This document shows, piece after piece, positions 59,233-64,000 of a DNA stretch of 64,000 nucleotides; the first letter of the stretch is position 1, and every line of letters starts with the position of its first letter. Under the pieces are notes generated by a model. The model was not told where the DNA came from. It saw nothing but the letters and a program-made list of their open reading frames with translations, and made no database searches. The stretch is from a virus (taxonomy: Duplodnaviria; Caudoviricetes): IMG/VR virus record IMGVR_UViG_3300001687_000013, positions 34,021-98,020 of that record. One strand, 5' to 3'. Made by a program: the position numbers and the translations under genes.

Positions 59233-59780
59233 TTTCCAGAATTCATTTCTTCTTTTAAATTTTTAATCAGGGTTGGAGCTATTAAATGAAACTCCTTCCC
59301 AGTAAAAAAGTTACTTTTTATCCTGTTACAAATAAGACAACACTTGCAAATGTTGTCAATAGAATATCCTTTACTATTGTCAACTCTATCAATAGTTAAT
59401 CGTTTTAATTCTTTTTGTCTCTTCCCATAGAATCTTTTAAATCTTTTGACTAACCAACTTTTTCCTTTGTAATTAGTAAGAAATTCTTTAATTTCTATAG
59501 TTTCCTTTAGTGTACTTTTACAGTAATCACAAATATCATCAGTAGTTTCCCACCAATATTTAAAAGCTTCAGGTGTTAAACTGAAATCGATTCCTCTTCT
59601 TTTTGCACTTCTTTTTATAAGTTGCAATATTCCTTTTGCTGATTGATAATATTTTTTAAGAGCTTCAGCGTTTTTTGTTATTAACTCTTTTGGTTTTTTA
59701 GTTATTGTCCTTTTGCCTTTTTTGGAGTTCCTATATTTTTTTCGTTTTTTGTGACCATTTTCACTTTTCGATTTTGACAT
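59229..59780 (-). CDS. HNH-family endonuclease
   Basis: CDYC...LTIDRVDNSKGYSIDN...CC..CN..K; start moved to 59780 (GGTGGAG RBS). Confidence 0.8.
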   Translation of the reverse strand: MSKSKSENGHKKRKKYRNSKKGKRTITKKPKELITKNAEALKKYYQSAKGILQLIKRSAKRRGIDFSLTPEAFKYWWETTDDICDYCKSTLKETIEIKEFLTNYKGKSWLVKRFKRFYGKRQKELKRLTIDRVDNSKGYSIDNICKCCLICNRIKSNFFTGKEFHLIAPTLIKNLKEEMNSGK

Positions 59781-59814
59781 ATACTCCACCACGGAAAGTT
59801 TTTGACTTTCCATA

Positions 59815-59865
59815 TTGTAATCATAAATCATATAGTCATAAATTTTATAACCATAAATCATTTAT
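59815..59865. repeat. three ~15-bp direct repeats (ATTTATGRYTAY on the minus strand), iteron-like
   Basis: ATGATTTATGGTTAT/AAAATTTATGACTAT/ATGATTTATGATTAC. Confidence 0.5.
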
Positions 59866-59915
59866 GATAATAAGTTTTCATAATTGTAAGTAAAAATATT
59901 TATTTTTTTAAACAG

Positions 59916-59951
59916 GTAACGATAGCTGCTTTGAAGAGCAGCTATCGTTAC
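59916..59951. repeat. perfect 15-bp inverted repeat with an adjacent T-tract (terminator-like)
   Basis: GTAACGATAGCTGCT-ttgaag-AGCAGCTATCGTTAC. Confidence 0.85.
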
Positions 59952-60023
59952 AAGTTTTTTTCTAAGAAAGAAAGAAAAGAAGCAAAAGAAAGAAAGAATA
60001 TATATTAATATTATTAGTATTAA

Positions 60024-60058
60024 GTAATAATATATATACTACGTATATATATTATTAC
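60024..60058. repeat. perfect 16-bp AT-rich inverted repeat
   Basis: GTAATAATATATATAC-tac-GTATATATATTATTAC. Confidence 0.85.
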
Positions 60059-60200
60059 ATTAAGGGACAAATTTTTCTGTTTATCTTATGGATCTACTCT
60101 TTATGAAATATATTTACTACTTCATATAGCATAATAATACAAAAATTTACTCCTAAATGCATTTATCAACATAACATATGGATACCACGTTGAGAGGAGG

Positions 60201-60241
60201 AGTTTGCAGAAAGTAGTGGATTGTGTTACTTTCTGCAAACT
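60201..60241. repeat. perfect 15-bp inverted repeat
   Basis: AGTTTGCAGAAAGTA-11 nt-TACTTTCTGCAAACT. Confidence 0.85.
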
Positions 60242-60259
60242 GTTGCTTATGATTTTCAA

Positions 60260-60763
60260 TTATCTGCATTGAAATTTCAGCGTGTTACTATTATCAAAAA
60301 TAAACATATTGGATGATTCATCACCAGTGTTATATGTAACTTTTGGTTTTTCTTCAAATCTTCCAATCCAACCGTCCGAAGATAAAATCTTTTGTAAATT
60401 GCTTTTAAAAGATGCTGATCCTTTAAAATCTTTATATGCAGTAGCAACTACTGTAAGACGGTCTTCTTCATAAAGATACTCATACTCACTTACTGCAAAA
60501 TCTATAGTGAGACAATTTCTTTCTTGTATAAAACTCTCAACACACTCTGAACCACTGATGGTATAAAAAATTTTTGTACCTCTTTGTAGTGAATCACGTT
60601 TTAGATCTAAGAGTTTGCTATAATCTAAACAAAAGATAGTTACAGTGTTATTCTCTACTTCAGAACCAAGATTTATTGTATCTTCAGTTCTATCTTTGAC
60701 TATCCTCTTGTTGTATGTTTCAATTTCAAAAGTTCCAGTAAGTTTTAATTTTAACTTATTCAT
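60260..60763 (-). CDS. hypothetical protein
   Basis: GAGGA RBS. Confidence 0.6.
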   Translation of the reverse strand: MNKLKLKLTGTFEIETYNKRIVKDRTEDTINLGSEVENNTVTIFCLDYSKLLDLKRDSLQRGTKIFYTISGSECVESFIQERNCLTIDFAVSEYEYLYEEDRLTVVATAYKDFKGSASFKSNLQKILSSDGWIGRFEEKPKVTYNTGDESSNMFIFDNSNTLKFQCR

Positions 60764-61067
60764 TATTTTTGTCCTCTTTCATCAAGATGGTTACAATTGT
60801 TTCTACTGTGTCATCAATTTTTAAATTTTTTTCTATCTTGTATTTGAAATTTTCCCTTTTCAAATAGTAAATTAGGGATTCAAGTACATCTTCTCCTGTT
60901 ATGTTTGGATGTATTCTTTTCATATGTGATTCCATCATACCAAATCTGATATGTGCTCCACAAATGGAACATGTTTCACAACAAGGTACACAGTGAACCA
61001 TTGCTCCACCAGATCTGTGACATGGACAGCTACATTCTTCAGGTTCTATACAATCTCCTGGTAACAT
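60756..61067 (-). CDS. Cys/His-rich putative zinc-binding protein
   Basis: CSCPCH..HCVPCC..CSICG..H...H; AGGAGGT RBS. Confidence 0.65.
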   Translation of the reverse strand: MLPGDCIEPEECSCPCHRSGGAMVHCVPCCETCSICGAHIRFGMMESHMKRIHPNITGEDVLESLIYYLKRENFKYKIEKNLKIDDTVETIVTILMKEDKNNE

Positions 61068-61407
61068 TTGTTTTACCTCCTAACAAATTAAGTCCAAAGA
61101 AATTTTGTAAACTTGCCGATATAAAAAGTAAGGGAGCAAGTACGTGGGTAGTGCTATGTATTTACATCAAACTTATTATATTCAATAAAAAATGGGTTGT
61201 TTTTTATATTATTGTTTAAGGTTTTAAGTATTTTGTTATTTATACTTAAAAATTATAGTAGATGAACATAAATATTCTTTTGCCTTACTCATAGACTTAT
61301 CCACTGACCTTTTATTAAATGCGGATAGATAATTAAAATGAGCTAAATAAAAGCCCCAAACAACTTGATATACGTAAGATAAGAGGGAAATTAGGAAAGA
61401 ATAACAC

Positions 61408-61527
61408 ATGAAAAAAGAGTCTAATTGTGGAAAAATTGAACAAGATTGTTCAGAATATGACAATAAAATTTGGAAAACTATAAAGAGACACCCAGACTAT
61501 TTAGAGGAGATAGAAAATGAAACCTAA
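61408..61527 (+). pseudogene. 39-aa ORF containing a truncated NUMOD4-like start (IWKTIKRHPDY)
   Basis: Translated by hand; the motif breaks off at the RBS of the next gene. Confidence 0.35.
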
Positions 61528-61762
61528 TTATAATTATCCAATTAGAGTTTATGTCACTATAGATGCTGAAAAAGGTAGTGGTATAGTAAATAATCTTGAA
61601 GAATACTTAGTAGTAAGTATGAAGGAAGATTATGATGGTGCAAAATTTTATATAGTGAGTAGTGAAGTTACTCAAGCATCTTCAAAGAACCTAAAAGCTG
61701 CAATATTGAAATGTATGGCAAGTACAATAATAATAAAGGAAAGTTCAACCATTGAATTCTGA
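61517..61762 (+). CDS. hypothetical protein
   Basis: GAGGAG RBS. Confidence 0.65.
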   Translation: MKPNYNYPIRVYVTIDAEKGSGIVNNLEEYLVVSMKEDYDGAKFYIVSSEVTQASSKNLKAAILKCMASTIIIKESSTIEF

Positions 61763-61797
61763 TGTTCAACCTATTTGGAACAAGAAAGAGATAAATT

Positions 61798-62115
61798 ATG
61801 GAACAAAAGATATTAGGAAACAAGATAAAAATAGAAATAGGAGATCGTTTTTGTTTTTTTCAACTTATGAATTATACTGCTCACTCTCACAAGTTGAGAA
61901 TGATAGGTAGAGATGGAAAACCTGATATTTGTCATATCTGCAAAAAGATTGTAGAGCCTGAGTGTCAGATATATTTAGTCTGTAATAATTACCTCTGGTT
62001 TCCAAATTGTGTTGTTCATAAAAGCTGTATTGATGGAAAATCTTTTGATGAAATATTTAACTTTTTGACAGAGGATTTTAATAAAGCTAAAGAATTTGAA
62101 CATTGGTTCAAATAA
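61798..62115 (+). CDS. putative zinc-binding hypothetical protein
   Basis: CHIC...H..C. Confidence 0.6.
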   Translation: MEQKILGNKIKIEIGDRFCFFQLMNYTAHSHKLRMIGRDGKPDICHICKKIVEPECQIYLVCNNYLWFPNCVVHKSCIDGKSFDEIFNFLTEDFNKAKEFEHWFK

Positions 62116-62174
62116 ATGAATTTATCGATTGAATTTCTCTTAATTGCCGATAAGTAATTAAGGGGGTAAACAAA

Positions 62175-62279
62175 ATGAAAGAATTAACTGAGAAGGAAAT
62201 AAATGAATTAAAAGAACAGGAAGAAAAGGAATTTCTGGATTGGTTAGATTCTCTTAGGTTTTGTTACACCTTTAAATAA
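62175..62279 (+). CDS. 34-aa acidic ORF missing from the track (MKELTEKEINELKEQEEKEFLDWLDSL...)
   Basis: Translated by hand; AGGGGG RBS; fills the gap. Confidence 0.55.
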   Translation: MKELTEKEINELKEQEEKEFLDWLDSLRFCYTFK

Positions 62280-62290
62280 GGGGGGATATA

Positions 62291-62491
62291 ATGAAAAAAA
62301 GAAACAGCATCATCTTAAAAGTTATGGATGAAGTTGTTGATAGGTGTTCCTCTGATGAAGGACTTGAGACAAATGAAATAAGCAGGGAGTTTGTTGAAAG
62401 TGTTGTAGATTCATTCAAAGCTGAAATGGTAGATGAGGTTATCAATCGTTTTAAAAATTATGGGTGGATTATAGAAGGGGAAACAAAATGA
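62291..62491 (+). CDS. hypothetical protein
   Basis: AGGGGG RBS. Confidence 0.6.
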   Translation: MKKRNSIILKVMDEVVDRCSSDEGLETNEISREFVESVVDSFKAEMVDEVINRFKNYGWIIEGETK

Positions 62492-62691
62492 AATTAGGGG
62501 ATCAGATAAAAATCAGAGTTCCTAATTCTTATAAGTATTCTTATCATGCTAAAATGGTTCTTGTTGGTAAAATTACTAAAGTCAACAAGAAATCTTATGA
62601 AGTATCTGTTCATTTCGGTAATGGTGATTTTTTATGTGTACTGGTAGATAGAAAAGAATATAAACCAGATGAAATTGCCAAGGGCAGATAA
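62488..62691 (+). CDS. SH3/KOW-like small protein
   Basis: MKLGDQIKI...GKITKVNKKSYEV; start coupled to the upstream stop. Confidence 0.55.
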   Translation: MKLGDQIKIRVPNSYKYSYHAKMVLVGKITKVNKKSYEVSVHFGNGDFLCVLVDRKEYKPDEIAKGR

Positions 62692-62701
62692 GGAGAATAA
62701 A

Positions 62702-63130
62702 ATGACTATTCAAACTTATGTATTTAGGTTGGAAACCCTAAATGAACATGGTGATGAAGTTCATTTTTTCAAAAACATAAAAGCCGAATCCAAGAATGAA
62801 GCCTGGGATCTTATTTTTAAAGATTACTCTCCCGATGATTATTTTATTAAGCTGAAAGATGTTTTATTTCCTGGGAATCCTGGATATATGAATCTTGATA
62901 AATTCAAAGCTTTGGTTTACAAGCACGATGGAGATGTTAAATGTAATTCTTGTCGTAATATTCTTGAACCAAACTTCACTATGTATTTACATTCAGATGG
63001 ATTAGCTGATAATGAAAATGATAAATGGTGGGTTTATATTGTATGTCCTTATTGTGGATACCAGAACAGTTTCAAAAAGGTTATTAAACAAATTCAAAAT
63101 AACACTCTTTTGAAAGCTTTGGGTTTATAA
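62702..63130 (+). CDS. zinc-ribbon hypothetical protein
   Basis: CNSC...CPYC; AAGGAG RBS before MTIQ. Confidence 0.6.
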   Translation: MTIQTYVFRLETLNEHGDEVHFFKNIKAESKNEAWDLIFKDYSPDDYFIKLKDVLFPGNPGYMNLDKFKALVYKHDGDVKCNSCRNILEPNFTMYLHSDGLADNENDKWWVYIVCPYCGYQNSFKKVIKQIQNNTLLKALGL

Positions 63131-63375
63131 TGATAAATCATTATTATAAATTATTATTAGAAGATATTGAAAAGTTAAAGGATACATGTATAAATGTTAT
63201 TTCTGAGCCTGAAATTGCAAAAAAATATCAAGGATGGATTGATCAATTTAAAGCTGGTAAAATAACTGATAAGGCATTTATTAGGTGGTTAGATATTTTA
63301 GCAGACTATTGGGGGCCTAAAGATAGATCATATTCCCAATATATTAAGTCACTTTTTAATCAAAAGGAGGGTTAA
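63130..63375 (+). CDS. hypothetical protein
   Basis: TAATG coupling. Confidence 0.55.
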   Translation: MINHYYKLLLEDIEKLKDTCINVISEPEIAKKYQGWIDQFKAGKITDKAFIRWLDILADYWGPKDRSYSQYIKSLFNQKEG

Positions 63376-63378
63376 GAA

Positions 63379-63624
63379 ATGAAACGGTGTATACTTTCAT
63401 TATTGGTAATTGTTTTATTGGTAGCAGCTTTCGCTGGGTGTGCCCATAAACCTGTAGAACTCAATACACTTATGATCGAATATCCTGTTAAAGGACATGT
63501 TGTTGAGGTAGATGGAAAAAAATCATATCTCCTAAATTACAAGTCCCTTAACAATCTTCTTCAGATGAAAGATCAACCTTATTTTTCCAGGAGAGTTATT
63601 GAGGAAGAATTAAAAAGGAGGTAA
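63379..63624 (+). CDS. putative lipoprotein
   Basis: MKR, hydrophobic core, FAGC lipobox; GGAGG RBS. Confidence 0.65.
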   Translation: MKRCILSLLVIVLLVAAFAGCAHKPVELNTLMIEYPVKGHVVEVDGKKSYLLNYKSLNNLLQMKDQPYFSRRVIEEELKRR

Positions 63625-63626
63625 AT

Positions 63627-63980
63627 ATGCCTTTGAAGTGTTTAGTATCTAACCCTTCAGATTTTGAGGGTTTTAGCTATGTTTTTAATTCTCTGGAAGG
63701 TGCTATGTCCTCTGTTTCTGCTTTTGATATTCTACAACATAAAACTGGAATAAATTTTTCTTTTTATAACAAAAGCAAGGGTAGAAAATTTGATGTTTAT
63801 ATCGAATGCTTCTGTAGGGGAAAATTTTCTCTTGAGATTGAGACAAAAGGTGCCGTATTAAATTTAGATAATACCTATGGGAGCACTATGGGGGGAACTA
63901 TTATAGCTACCCCAGTACAAATTACACTTCTTCTGGTAAAGCTTTGTGAGGAAGAAAAAGATGTCCTCTTCTATCTTTGA
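63627..63980 (+). CDS. hypothetical protein
   Basis: GGAGGT RBS. Confidence 0.6.
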   Translation: MPLKCLVSNPSDFEGFSYVFNSLEGAMSSVSAFDILQHKTGINFSFYNKSKGRKFDVYIECFCRGKFSLEIETKGAVLNLDNTYGSTMGGTIIATPVQITLLLVKLCEEEKDVLFYL

Positions 63981-64000
63981 ACAAACAGGGTGGAAAAGAC

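Noticed and set aside
59781..59861. N-terminal MIYGYKIYDYMIYDY extension of the HNH ORF
   Set aside because: It is a translation of the DNA direct repeats; a better RBS precedes ATG 59780.
1..60000. T4-type late promoter TATAAATA
   Set aside because: The copies I noticed fall inside coding regions, and the intergenic gaps share only general AT richness.
501..61219. Many plus-strand ORFs and nested minus-strand alternative-frame ORFs in the track
   Set aside because: They are shadow frames of well-supported minus-strand genes, with no RBS or recognisable motifs.
61236..61463. Minus-strand ORF containing internal MSKAKEYL, resembling the leader
   Set aside because: It lies in the divergent intergenic region, has only 17 codons from that Met, and lacks the (L/I)-x-E end; likely chance.
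1..64000. Stop-codon recoding
   Set aside because: Genes are full length and tightly packed under the standard code; TAG and TGA stops mostly abut the next start.
1..64000. CRISPR array, tRNA/rRNA, diversity-generating retroelement, integrase
   Set aside because: I saw no repeat-spacer array, cloverleaf, reverse transcriptase, TR/VR pair or recombinase by eye; tRNAscan-SE and a self dot-plot would confirm.

Overview
This is a 64-kb, AT-rich segment of a large T4-superfamily-like myovirus; an intrinsic terminator and GGAG/AGGAG RBSs suggest a bacterial host. Positions ~30-61000 form one minus-strand morphogenesis block. Read right to left it encodes: HNH endonuclease, putative TerS, TerL, portal, prohead core protein, prohead protease, scaffold, major capsid protein, neck, tail sheath and tube, tail chaperone, tape measure, hub, spike, PAAR, gp25/gp53/gp6/gp7/gp8-like baseplate, about 25 kb of fibre/spike/decoration genes, and a holin-like gene. 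A divergent cluster of small plus-strand genes starts at ~61400. Main observations: (1) at least 15 otherwise unrelated small proteins share an N-terminal M-[ST]-K-A-x-x-(L/I)-L-x-(L/I)-x-E-like leader resembling a protease-cleaved capsid-targeting signal; (2) a second full tail-sheath paralogue is fused to a BNR/sialidase-like beta-propeller; (3) a likely programmed +1 frameshift (CCC.UUU.CGU.C) lies in the tail chaperone before the tape measure; (4) domains are extensively copied within the genome among virion proteins, including one shared by the capsid protein and baseplate gp6; (5) GGWCC appears to be strictly avoided; (6) a region with three hairpins and iteron-like repeats lies upstream of the packaging genes. 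All calls come from motif recognition by eye and from synteny; no database searches were run.
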